In this document: positions 1 through 10,480 of the stretch, one piece after another | Layout: each line of letters opens with the position of its first letter | How positions within the stretch are numbered: position 1 is the stretch's first letter | DNA from: Takakia lepidozioides | Lineage: Eukaryota; Plantae; Bryophyta | Length of the DNA stretch: 64,000 nt | Reading direction: 5' to 3' | Assembly: GCA_030704615.1 (NCBI GenBank) | Contig: JAKLZA010000295.1 | Span: forward strand, 1-64,000 | Position numbers and translations under genes: made by a program | The notes under the pieces: generated by a model | Told to the model about the DNA's origin: nothing | Database searches by the model: none | Seen by the model: the letters and a program-made list of their open reading frames with translations, nothing else

Positions 1-1260
1 GAAGCAAGTTAGAGAAAGACATTGACGGATCAAGAGAAGACAACCCTGAGACAGGCTGCGAAGCTAAAGCTGGAGGAGAGGAGAAAGCTGCGGAATCGGA
101 GACCAAAGGGGTGTCCGTACCATTTGACTAATATTAGGGGAAGCAAAAGTAAAGTTGAAGACCGCAAGGAGAGTACGAGGCTGCAGGCCATGTCAAGAGA
201 GAAATGGCGGACAATGCCGTGTAATCTTCCTGCGAGACAGAGAGGGTGCAATGACGAAAGACTTTCAGAAAAAGGAGACCAACTAGAATTTGATGCTGAA
301 TCTAAAAAAGAGATGGTGGCAACATCAGACTCAAGCCAGCCACTGAGATCAGCAGCGCGCTTGTTCCACAACACACAGCGCATGTTACAATCAACAGCAA
401 ACGCAGGAACCGGCAGCTCATCGACATAGACAAATGCATCAGTGCCGAGGGCTTTCTCCCCGTAACTGGAATGGGCCGGGGACCCGCAAGCTCCAGCACA
501 AAGTCCAGTGCTTCCCGCTGGTAATCCTCCTCAGTGAGTTTATCGTTAGCCACCAAGGCCTCGAACAGACTGTGAGTGACCCCTCGCCTATACATGGCGT
601 CCATAAACATGTCTTTCCTCCCCCTCTCTTGGTGCGCAAGCCTGCAAGCAATCACGGAATGTTGACACCACTCTCTCTCACAGCGAGACACTACTGAGTG
701 CCACAGTTCCCTCCCTCTCTCTCTCTCACTCTCGGTATGCAGAAGACTGGAGCAAGGTGTGAATTATAGGGCACGTGGCCAGGGAACCTAGGAAACCATA
801 TAGAACGTAGGGAACCGGGAACCAGTTACCAGATAGTTTGGGTGTAACTTTAAATTTTTAAATTTGAAAACCTTAAAAAAAAAAAAAAAAAACAGGGCAT
901 TTTGATCTAATTTAAATGATTTAAAGCCAAATTGGTCATATCTTTGTCAAATGGACTCTGTTTGACCCAGTTTTTGGGGGGATAGCTGCAGAAAGGGGAT
1001 ATCTACCTATCTAGACCCGGTTTTTGTTTTTGGGACTCTGCTAGAAATCTATGGAATTTTTAGAGTGTGAGTGTGCCATGAAAGATCCACAATCCTGTTT
1101 CTAGAACCTGTTCTGGTCTACATGAGAGATAAATCTGGGGATGTACTCCTTGTATGGCTGGGGGAAATGAGGACGTAATTGAAGGGCAGGTCTCTTCTCT
1201 TAGCCTGTGCACACAAGGGGACAGGATTTATGTTTCCCAAGGAACTCAGACTGAGAACAG

Positions 1261-1892
1261 TTGGACGAGTTGATTGCATACTGGGAGTCAGGCATTAGCA
1301 GTAGACAACAGACTGCTGTAATTGGCATTGAGGGCCTCAATATCGCCTTGGACAGTCAGAACTCTGTTGGAGCCAGCAGTTCTGCAGCTGTAGGTGAAAT
1401 ACCAAAGTGGGTGAAAGCTAGGCTTGGAACACAGCCAAAGACAGCCCCGGGGACCAAGGTGTTCAGCCACAAGGCCGTGGTGTACTGGAGCAGAGGAGCA
1501 GGAGCTACACAAGTTTGTGCAATCAGACATGGTTGCAGCCGGATACGCTCTGCACAGGGCAACCACGAGCGGGGGTTCATTAGCAATGACATGTTTGTTG
1601 TGCGTGAAGGAGATGCAGTCATTCGCAATGAGGACACCCGCAACCGTCTCAAAGCTTTCGAGTTGAGAGACTATCAGACCCTACCTTTGTTTTCTTAGTG
1701 TTCAGTGAGCGGGAGATAGGGGAGTATTGCTTTGTCTCTACCTGGCAGAAAGAGGAGGAGGGTTGGTTAGAGCGAGCTACTGTAGCTTGGGACAAGGTTA
1801 GTGGCAGGTTTCTGGACATAGATATACCTCCTACACCTTACCATCATGCAGAGCGAGGCACTTTGAGAGAAGTCTGGCAGTTGATAGCATAG
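1261..1892 (+). CDS. Unknown extra ORF upstream of gag (two ORFs joined by an apparent frameshift at ~1698)
   Basis: ORFs 1261-1698 and 1698-1892 abut, lie on the gag strand and have protein-like composition; no recognisable motif. Confidence 0.4.
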
Positions 1893-2378
1893 ATCAGGAT
1901 TAGATCTTGCTTGGTCGGGCTTCTATTCTTCCCCTCCATCTCTGTACTATTTTCATTACCTTGTACTTGTAGTTGCCAAAGCCTCTCTTGGTGGAGGCCA
2001 GTCAGTCCGGGGTTTTGGGCTGGGCTATTCTGCAGGATCAGCATTGCAGCTGGATTTTGGTGTGGGGGTGTTGATGTTTTGATTTCTTGTGTTTGGATCC
2101 CCCCCAACACCTGCATGCTTGACTGTGCGCCATGTTGGTTTTGTGTGGGCGCTTGCTTTCATAGGGATTAGGCCGGATTTGATCCCGGTCAATCCTAGAG
2201 TATGCTGTCGGTGGTGAGGCTGGAGTGATGACCAGCAAGACCACCAGTGTTTCTTCTATGGTGAGGCTGGGTTGATGACCAGCCAACCATAGGAGTTCTT
2301 GCGGTGGATGACCCTTAAACTGCAACAGGTGCCCACCCGTGTCACTATTAGATTAGTACTAGAGCCTTATAGTGTCAC

Positions 2379-3980
2379 GTGGAGGAGGTGCACATTGTGA
2401 GTGTCATTACGGAGTTACCCAAGGGTTTTGAGGGGAGTACGGCTACAGGCAGTAACAGTGAGAGTGGGTTCACAAGACGAGGTATTTGGTTCAGACCACC
2501 TTCACCGCCACCCTCAATTACTGTAGAGTCAGACACAGACTCGGAGGCTTCATCAACAGGTGTGCACTTTCATTCGCCATTGTTGTGGGACGACATGGAG
2601 GAGATGTATGGAGCTACCAAGGGGCCTCGTAGGTACTCTGGAGCTGTGGGCACAATCGAGTTGGATGACTTTATCCAGGAGTTCGACAGCTGGTGTGATT
2701 TGCAGCAGATGCGCAATCCACAGCTATTCACCCCATTCATGGCGTGGAAGGGACTGTTCCAGCATTTGGAAGGCCCGCCTATGGACGATTACCACGAGTT
2801 CAGGCGAGGACATGAAGCAGAGATTGAGGAGTGGAGGATGTATTGGTCACCTGACTACGTCTCCATTACTCGAGGCACGACGCGACCAGTAGCTGCATCA
2901 GTACCAATAGCTCCCACTGCCAGCACTAGTAGTGGAGCAAGTAGTGCTGGTACTTCTGCAGGTGGTACCAGTTCAAAAGGTGCTACTACTCCTCCTGCCA
3001 CGACTACAACACATGTGCCTAGATTCAACCCGGTGGTGGAGTTCTTCCAGGAGTTGCGGAGGAACTACCAAGGTGTACGGACAGAGAAGCTGCGAAGTTT
3101 GCAAGACTTCCAGCGCAAACCCAGTGAGAGCCTGCGAGAGGCGTACACTCGTATGAGGCGCTTGATAAGTGTGACCCAAGGGGTTACTGAAGCTCAGGCA
3201 ATCCAGTTTTGGTATGGAATTCTGGACAAGGAGCTCAAGAGAAGGGTGCGAGATGCAACCCTGTTACAAGCAGCCCAACCCACATTAGCAGATGTGTTTC
3301 TGCTGGCTGAGCGGATTGAGCTCAACATGGTGGAGGAGCGAGTTGTTACAATTGGATTTGGCAAGGACATGCCTGCACGGGGCACAGCTGTCAGCCCACA
3401 GGCACAAGGGACTGCCCAACAGCGTGGTCAGGGGGGCAAGGTTGCCCAGCCCAAGTTCCATGGAGCTTACAGGGGACCTCAGGTGCAGAGGCCCGTGGCA
3501 TCTTTTGCAGGCCAACAGCAACCAGGGGTGATATGTTGGACATGTGGAGGACCCCATGTCAAGAGAGATTGCCCAGAGAGTGGCAAAAGGCCGGCACAAG
3601 CACAGCCTGCACAGTTGCAGTGTGGGCATTGTGGCAAGTATGGGCATGGAGATGCCCAGTGTTATGACTTGCATCCTGAGTTGCGCCCAGGCCAGTTCCA
3701 AGGGAACAATGGTGGCCGGGGGCGAGGTGGACCAGCCCAAAGAGGACGAGGTGGTCGGGCACGAGGTGCAGGCCAAGGGCAAGCTCCACATGGCCAAGGA
3801 CGCGGAGGTCAGGGTGTTGACCAAGGCATGGCCAATCGGCTTCAGCAGCTAGAGCAGAGGCTCGCTGCCATGGCTATAGCTCAGGCGGTACCGGCTCCAG
3901 GCGGGATGGTCCACCTCCTGCTCCTGAGGGAGGAGATATGGGAGGCATGGGATTCATGTGCGGAGCAGCACTACCACTAG
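2379..3980 (+). CDS. gag: Gag with capsid-like region and two zinc knuckles
   Basis: FQRKPSESLREAYTRMRRL capsid-like motif; CWTCGGPHVKRDC and CGHCGKYGHGDAQC knuckles; Gly/Arg-rich tail; frame change into pol at ~3900. Confidence 0.9.
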   Translation: MEEVHIVSVITELPKGFEGSTATGSNSESGFTRRGIWFRPPSPPPSITVESDTDSEASSTGVHFHSPLLWDDMEEMYGATKGPRRYSGAVGTIELDDFIQEFDSWCDLQQMRNPQLFTPFMAWKGLFQHLEGPPMDDYHEFRRGHEAEIEEWRMYWSPDYVSITRGTTRPVAASVPIAPTASTSSGASSAGTSAGGTSSKGATTPPATTTTHVPRFNPVVEFFQELRRNYQGVRTEKLRSLQDFQRKPSESLREAYTRMRRLISVTQGVTEAQAIQFWYGILDKELKRRVRDATLLQAAQPTLADVFLLAERIELNMVEERVVTIGFGKDMPARGTAVSPQAQGTAQQRGQGGKVAQPKFHGAYRGPQVQRPVASFAGQQQPGVICWTCGGPHVKRDCPESGKRPAQAQPAQLQCGHCGKYGHGDAQCYDLHPELRPGQFQGNNGGRGRGGPAQRGRGGRARGAGQGQAPHGQGRGGQGVDQGMANRLQQLEQRLAAMAIAQAVPAPGGMVHLLLLREEIWEAWDSCAEQHYH

Positions 3981-4519
3981 AGCAGGTGGAGTCTGCTGCA
4001 GCCGTGACTCGAGGAGCAGCACGAGTTCCTGAGCCACGAGGTGCAGAGGTGGAATTGGATCCACAGCGTGGGGAGGCAAGCCGTCAGGCGAGGCTTCCTC
4101 AGTCATTCACATTGGCGGAGACTGTGTCGACGCCATCCATGGCACCTAGTTCTCGCCCGACTGTTACCGAGGCGGAGGTTACTATGCCATTGGGGAGAGC
4201 TACACGTGCAGCACTGACACCTGCTACCAAGGCTAGTGCAGCCGGTGTGTTATTGGGGGCAGCCACCTCTGTGTGTCAAGCCCCACTGTTCTCGGCAACC
4301 ATGATTGCGACGCCGGGGGTAAGACCAGCTGCAGTGTTCAGACTAGCAGCAACACTCTGTGAGAGTGGGGAGGTCACTTCATCTTCTGCGGAGTTAGTGG
4401 AAGGTGTAGTGGCAGAGGGATCCTCGGATTTGAGGGTCAAGACTGCCACGGCTGCGCCCTGGCAAGCTGCAGCTGCCAGGTTGACGGAGCTGCCAGCTAG
4501 GCCAGCCTTTGAGCGCGCC

Positions 4520-4980
4520 ATGGTGACACCTGGAGTTGTCTTGTTAGACAACCAGGGAGGCATTTTCACTTTGAGTGGACCGGCAGGCAAGAAGTACCGG
4601 CCACTGCGGGTCTTGTTGGACTCGGGAGCTCAGCCACTGATGTTGGGCAGAGCTGCTATTGCAGGTTTGGGCCTCATGGAGGCGGATATGGAGCCTTGTC
4701 CTTTCCAGATACAGACATCTCTGGGAGGATCAGAGCAGGCTCGGGGCATGACACGGCATCAGTTGGCCATTAGACTGCAGCCGGATCATCCTATCGATGG
4801 CTCAGTAATGCGAGCCAAGGCCATTGTGACAGACGCGGTCTCTTACGATGTCCTCGTTGGTGGGGCAGTGTTATACCCCATGGGCTTCACCCTGGACTTT
4901 TGGGAGGAGTCAGCATCCTACAGGCCTGGATGGCAGTCAGGCGATGGTCGCCGTGCACAGCTCCCTGTGACATTCATTGG
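4520..4980 (+). CDS. Retroviral-type aspartic protease domain (within ORF 3938-6262)
   Basis: VLLDSGAQ catalytic motif at ~4610-4633 and downstream YDVLVG motif. Confidence 0.85.
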
Positions 4981-5329
4981 GGGTATAGCGGCTGCCCAGC
5001 GGGGCAAGATGCCAACACTAGCCGCCTTTACAGCTGCAGTTAGTTGGCCTGGAGAGTTGCTGGAAGGCAATGCCCATGCAGAGGATGTGCCACCTCCAGC
5101 AGAGCAGGATGACATGCATGGTATGGCGGAGTTGCCTGCCATGGTTGCTCACACTCCATTGTGGGGTACGAGCAAGGATTTGCAGCAGGTTGCTGATCGA
5201 CGGGTGCAACAAGCCTGGGTAGAGGCTTTTGTACCGTCAGGAGAGGAGGAGAGTGCGGGTATTGCACCAGGACCACCTCAGTTGTCACCATTGGATACCA
5301 CACCTATTGTGTGGCAGTATCCGGATGAA

Positions 5330-6270
5330 GGCATTTGCCTTCTGGACTTGTTTGGCGGGATCAGCACCGGATTGGCTGCTGTGCTACAGGCAGGTGTGCG
5401 GGTAAGGCGTTACCTGTATGTGGAGAGGGATGAGACTGCACGACGCGTCTCACTGCGCCATGTTGCTCAGTTGGTACAGCAGTACCCTGCTTTGTTGCCA
5501 GTGTCTGCAGTTCGTGGATACCAACAAGCCTTGCCAGCAGACATTTCGTTGCTGGGGGCACCGGATTTGGAGCAGGTTGGCTCCATTGATCTGGTAGTGG
5601 CAGGTTGGCCCTGCCAAGGGCATTCATCAGCCGGGCATGGCAATGGATTGCGAGACTCGAGGACGGGTCTGTTTTGGGAGATGGTGCGGATTTTGCGCCA
5701 CTTGCAGCTTCATCAAGCTGTATCGCCAGCATACATCTTGGAGAATGTGCCACTGATGGGCGATTCTCGGGCCAGGGTGATGGCCAGTGTGCATCAAGTC
5801 CGGTCGTGGCTTGGGTCAGCAGTGCTGCTGGATGCAGCTGCAGTGGGATCACGGGCTCATCGTCCACGGCTATGGTGGACTAACTTGATGCCACCCGCAC
5901 TGCTCAAGCGTGCATTTGATGGGGTGCAGCGGCCAGCACACCTCACCGTGGATGGCATTTTGGACACAGGGAGGCAGTCTCAACGTGTGAGACACGATGA
6001 CCGTTCGCCTTTGGCAGTGGTCAACAGGGTGGGTCAACCACGAGCAACATTACCTACACTGCTCAGCTTCCCAGGATCCCATGCTTTTCGGGATGGTGGA
6101 CCTGGCCTCCTGTGGGATGCTCAGTTGCAGCAGTTAGTGGAGCCTAATGCCGACGAGCGAGAGCGGGCTATGGGGTTTTCCACTGGGACCACGGCGGTGC
6201 CTTCTCTTTCTGAGGCATCACGCGTCAGGTGTTGGGGCAAGCAATGGATCTCAATTGCTTGACCTGGATT
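5330..6270 (+). CDS. C5 cytosine DNA methyltransferase domain, DNMT3-like, embedded in pol
   Basis: Motif I LDLFGGIS (~5342), II YVERD, IV DLVVAGWPCQG (PCQ 5609-5617), VI YILENV (ENV 5741-5749), VIII HRPRLWWTN, IX ERERAMGF, X LGQAMD (6232, reached via a 1-bp frameshift at ~6222). Confidence 0.93.
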
Positions 6271-6579
6271 ATCAGCTTGGCTATGGCTGAGCAACGTAGA
6301 GTGCGGAGTGCACTTCCCTTCATGGTCTCTCTGCCTACCGAGACGGTACATGCAGCGAGTGGGGGCGAGCCGGTGAGGACCACGGGGTGTAGACATCCAT
6401 GGCACACGTGGGAGGTGCTCGAGGTTCAGAGGGAGTTGGCAGCCAAGGCAGCTGTGATGGATGAGGTTGGGGATTCTTCTCGGGTTGAGGAGGTTCTCAA
6501 TGATGAGATGATGGGGCAGGATGAGGCCTTGTCATTGACTGAGCAGGAAGGGAGTACTGCTCAAGAGGTTGCAGCATAG

Positions 6580-8070
6580 CAACCACGGGACGCGTCCTCT
6601 ACCTCTAAGCCCACTGGACTTAAGGTTGCAGTTACGGAGGACAATTGGGAGCCTGACATTGGACCCATTGTCACCGGAGGAGAGAGACGACGTATACGGC
6701 GGTTCCTGAGGGCTTACAGGAATTGCTTTGCCTTCAGTTTGAAGGACTTGGGAGCACTGAAGGGTCAAGAGATCCGTATTGAGTTGGCCACTGACACGCC
6801 AATCTTTCGGAGACCCTATAGATACAGTGACATGGAGAGGTCTTTGATTCAGATGAGGACTCAAGATCTCTGGGAGGCAGGTTTGGTGGAGCTCTCTGGT
6901 GGAGAGTATGCTTCAGCCACAGTGATGCCAGCTAAGAAGGATGTCTATGGCAATTGGACGGAGAGACGTATGTGCGGTGATTACCGGCCTGTAAATCGTC
7001 AGACCAAGTCCGATAGGTATGCCATGCCAACACCAGAGGAGATCTTTGATGCCATTGGGCATTCCAAGGTCTTTAGCACGTTGGATTTACGATCCGGATA
7101 TCACCAGTTGCCGATCAAGGAGGCGGATAAGCAAAAGACGGCATTCTGGGGGATCAATGAGCACGGGAAGGATTGCCTATACCAGTGGCGGTTCTTACCA
7201 TTTGGGCTTAAAAACGCTCCCGCTGAGTTTCAAAGAGTCATGGACAGGATTCTAGCAGGGGTGGAGTTTGCTCGGTGCTACATAGATGACATCATCATCT
7301 TTAGTGCTACGGTGGAGGAGCATGAGAGACACCTTCAGGGGGTATTTGAGCGCTTGAGGACGCACGGATTGAAGTTACATCCGGGCAAGTGCAAGTTTTT
7401 CCACAACCAGATTGAGTATCTCGGTCACATGATATATCCTGGAGGATTGGGGGTACAGCAGACTAAGGTAGAGTCCATTGCACAGGTTCCACGCCCCACG
7501 GATGTGAGCCGAGTTCGAGCTTTCATGGGGTTAGCAAACTATTACAGACGGTTTGTTAAGGGATTTAGTGCCATTGCAAAGGCTCTAACCAAGCTGACCA
7601 AGGTGGACCAGGAGTGGCAGTGGGAAGATGAGCAAGAACAAGCTTTTCAAGAGCTCAAGGCGAGGTTGACCTCGGCGCCCATCTTGAGACGACCTATCAG
7701 GGGGCGTCCTTTTCAGCTGCATACAGATTGGAGCATGCTGGGGCTTGGAGCGGTGCTCACACAGGTGGATGATGAGGGAAGAGAGTTTGTAGTGGCTTAT
7801 GCTAGCCGCTCGAACAATGCTGCAGAGTCTAAGTATAGCTCATATGAGGGAGAATGCTTAGCTGCAGTGTGGGCCGTGGCACACTTCAGGTGCTATCTAT
7901 ACGGCAATCTCTTCACCCTTGTCACGGATCACCAACCACTCAAGTGGTTGATGGAGTCAGACAAGCTTACGGGGAAGCTTGCACGGTGGGCACTCATCCT
8001 TCAAGAGTATGACTTTCAGGTGGTGCATCGACCGGGTGGTCAATCGCAATGCAGATGGGTTGAGTCGCAA
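6580..8070 (+). CDS. pol: Reverse transcriptase and RNase H
   Basis: RMCGDYRPVN, LDLRSGYHQ, PFGLKNAP, YIDD; RNase H HTDWS, YEGECLA, TDHQPL, NADGLSR. In frame with DNMT motif X except for one TAG at 6577-6579; frameshift at ~8035. Confidence 0.96.
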
Positions 8071-8269
8071 TCCATGCACGAGCCAACAGGATGACACTGG
8101 AGCTCGGTGGCATGGTGAGACGGACGAGGAGATGGTGCCCGGATGGCATGCATCTGCATTTCTGTGTATCTTGGCAGCGGAAGGCCAGGTTGGACCTGCA
8201 ACAGGGATGACTGTAGATCAAGTGTCTGAGGACCCTGAGGCCAGCAATGAGCAAGGTGGCGCCAAAGAT

Positions 8270-9400
8270 ATACATGAGGATTCAGTTGTGTTGGACTACC
8301 TCCGCACTGGAGACACGACAGCCACTGTGACTGCCAAGGAGAGGGATCGGATCCTACAACGAGCCAAGAGGTTCAAGTGGGAGGGGACACACCTGCTCCG
8401 AGTGTGGGAGGATGGTCGAGTGAGGATTGTGCCTCACCCAACACAGCGGGCACGGTTAGTGCGCCATGCCCATGAGGAGTTGGGGCATTTTGGGGTGCGA
8501 TGCACTCATAGTCTACTGCAGGGGCAGTTTTGGTGGCGTGGTATGCACACAGAGGTGCAACAATTTGTGGCTAGGTGCATGGTGTGTGACAGGGTGCGTG
8601 CTTCATTCAACGCCCCTACTCCACAATTGCACCCTCTTCCGATCATGGGATTGGGCTACAGGTGGAGTCTTGACTTCGCAGGGCCGTTGCCACTAACCAT
8701 GCGCCACAACAAGTACGTGTTGGTGATGGTGGAGCACTTCTCCAAGTGGATTGAATTGGTTCCATTGCCTGATAAGGCTAGTGAGGGAGCTGCGTATGCA
8801 TTCTTGGATTGTGTGCTTAGCCGATTCGGTGCTCCAGCTGAGGTACTCACGGACCAAGGGAGAGAGTTCTTGGGGGAGTTTCAGGCGTTGTGTGACAAGG
8901 CCTTGATAGACCACCGCACCACTTCTCGGGATCATCCTGAGGCCGATGGCTTGGCAGAGAGAGTTGTTCAGATAGTAAAGAGGGATTTGCGCAAGTATGG
9001 CTTGCAGAAGGGACACCTAGGAGATTGGGACCTTCAGTTACCCTGGTTAGCCATGGGCTACAGGTTCAGCAAGCAAGCATCACTTGCCTCCTTCTCACCA
9101 TACTTTCTTCTCTTTGGCCGAGAGCCGGATTTGCCTACATCCATTCGCAGAGAAGCTGCTACAGTTCTTAACCTTGACGATCCGGACGTGTGGGCACGTG
9201 CATGTGAGCAGCGTGCAGAGTTGTTCAAGAGAGTCATGCCCATGGCTTTCGAGAACCTTGCCATTGCACAACACCGTGATACGTTGAGGTATGCTACCAT
9301 ACGTGGTGGGGGCTATCGTCCTGGGGTTCGGAGATTCAACCCTGGTGACTATGTCTATCTGCAGCAGACTGCTCCTACGACCCTGGATGTGACTGCATGA
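8270..9400 (+). CDS. Integrase
   Basis: HEELGHFG...CMVC zinc finger; WSLDFAGPL, VLTDQG, GLAER DDE core; in-frame TGA at 9398-9400 before the C-terminal part. Confidence 0.95.
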   Translation: MHEDSVVLDYLRTGDTTATVTAKERDRILQRAKRFKWEGTHLLRVWEDGRVRIVPHPTQRARLVRHAHEELGHFGVRCTHSLLQGQFWWRGMHTEVQQFVARCMVCDRVRASFNAPTPQLHPLPIMGLGYRWSLDFAGPLPLTMRHNKYVLVMVEHFSKWIELVPLPDKASEGAAYAFLDCVLSRFGAPAEVLTDQGREFLGEFQALCDKALIDHRTTSRDHPEADGLAERVVQIVKRDLRKYGLQKGHLGDWDLQLPWLAMGYRFSKQASLASFSPYFLLFGREPDLPTSIRREAATVLNLDDPDVWARACEQRAELFKRVMPMAFENLAIAQHRDTLRYATIRGGGYRPGVRRFNPGDYVYLQQTAPTTLDVTA

Positions 9401-9712
9401 CGTGTTATTTTGAGGGTTCGAGAGGTCTTGCCCTCAGGCGTCTTGGTCTTGGAGGGTCGGGATGGCATAACTTGGAAGGACCATGTGCGTAATTGTGCGC
9501 CATGTCACCTTCCGAATGTCGATGGCAGGATTGACCCAAACCTGGCAGTGGTATCTGCAGGTTTGAGGTGCATGTTGTGTGGGTCTGCTAAAGGGGCAGC
9601 CACCATGCTGGTGTGTGATCGATGCTCTAGAGGTTGGCATATGGGATGCTTGACTCCACCTCTTGAGATGGTTCCGGATGGGGATTGGTTATATCCACAT
9701 TGCATTGGATAG
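9401..9712 (+). CDS. Integrase C-terminus with PHD finger
   Basis: CMLC...MLVCDRCSRGWHMGCLTPPLEMVPDGDWL(Y)PHC is the C4HC3 PHD pattern with the 7th ligand changed to Tyr; same frame as the integrase. Confidence 0.9.
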   Translation, partial: RVILRVREVLPSGVLVLEGRDGITWKDHVRNCAPCHLPNVDGRIDPNLAVVSAGLRCMLCGSAKGAATMLVCDRCSRGWHMGCLTPPLEMVPDGDWLYPHCIG

Positions 9713-9960
9713 TGGGAGTGGATACAACCATGGAAGGCTAACAAGAAATGCAAGGCCCAGCTACTAGGAGACCTTGAACACACGAGGTCCTGGCTCAAGT
9801 TCACAGATTGCAAGATGGCGACTAACGATGGGGCTACTCTTGTACCCAGCCTCTTGGTCTATAAGGTTTGAGTGCAATAGGGACAGTGATAGAGGACTTA
9901 GTACGGCTGTGGCTATTACATCTTGTAGCTATCTGGAGTTAGAGGGACCTATCCACCAGC

Positions 9961-9971
9961 TAGGGGGGCGA
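9961..9971 (+). promoter_or_regulatory. Polypurine tract
   Basis: TAGGGGGGCGA just before TGT at 9973. Confidence 0.7.
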
Positions 9972-10059
9972 TTGTGGCACACTACTTTATTGTGCATATA
10001 TGTGTGGTGTGGTTTGGACAGCGATGTAGTTGTGTAGCGATACGTATGCGCACGACAGC

Positions 10060-10480
10060 TGTCAAGTTAAATAAGCACAGTGTGAAACTAGCTAGAATAA
10101 AGCTAGTTATTTGTATTTAAACTTGTGTTAAATCAGGTGTCAAGTTTAGTTTGACACCTGACCCGTCTTATCTTCACGAGAGCGGCAGTCGCGCGGCTCA
10201 TCTCTCTCGAGTTGAGCCTGCGTGACCGAGCTCCTGCATCGTTTAGGACTGAGTGTGCTTATGATGGGAGTGTAGGTTGTTGTGGGGTGGAGTCCCCATA
10301 GCTTGGGGTGCCACTGGCTCGACTTCTGTTTTAAAGAGTGATGGTTTTGGTTGTCATGTTTTATGTAAACAGTGTGTACTTAGCTTTTCTATCATTGTGG
10401 CAGACTACTTTATTGTGCATATATGTGTGGTGTGGTTTGGACAGCGATGTAGTTGTGTAGCGATACGTATGCGCACGACA
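10060..10480 (+). repeat. 3' LTR (421 bp); its last 85 bp are duplicated at 9973-10057
   Basis: TGTC...GACA termini; 10396-10480 matches 9973-10057 with one mismatch. Confidence 0.7.

Larger units (their letters stand above)
1261..10480 (+). mobile_element. Ty3/Gypsy LTR retrotransposon encoding a C5 DNA methyltransferase and a PHD finger; 5' LTR not found
   Basis: Domain order gag-PR-(DNMT)-RT-RH-INT is Gypsy-type; PPT at ~9961-9971 and a TGTC...GACA LTR at 10060-10480. The left boundary is approximate. Confidence 0.93.

Noticed and set aside
1-900. ORFs 302-691(-) and 22-429(+), and GGAACC repeats at ~780-830
   Set aside because: No recognisable domain or TIR/TSD pair; probably a TE remnant that cannot be classified here.
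2321-2343. CAACA-GGTGCCCACCCGTG as LTR end plus tRNA-Lys-like PBS
   Set aside because: Lacks TGG, and the upstream sequence does not match the 3' LTR.
3890-3980. Programmed gag-pol frameshift
   Set aside because: No clear slippery heptamer, and 1-bp indels are common throughout this assembly.
5330-6270. Bacterial restriction-modification methylase or contamination
   Set aside because: The domain is fused in frame to a retroviral protease and followed by RT; there is no endonuclease partner.
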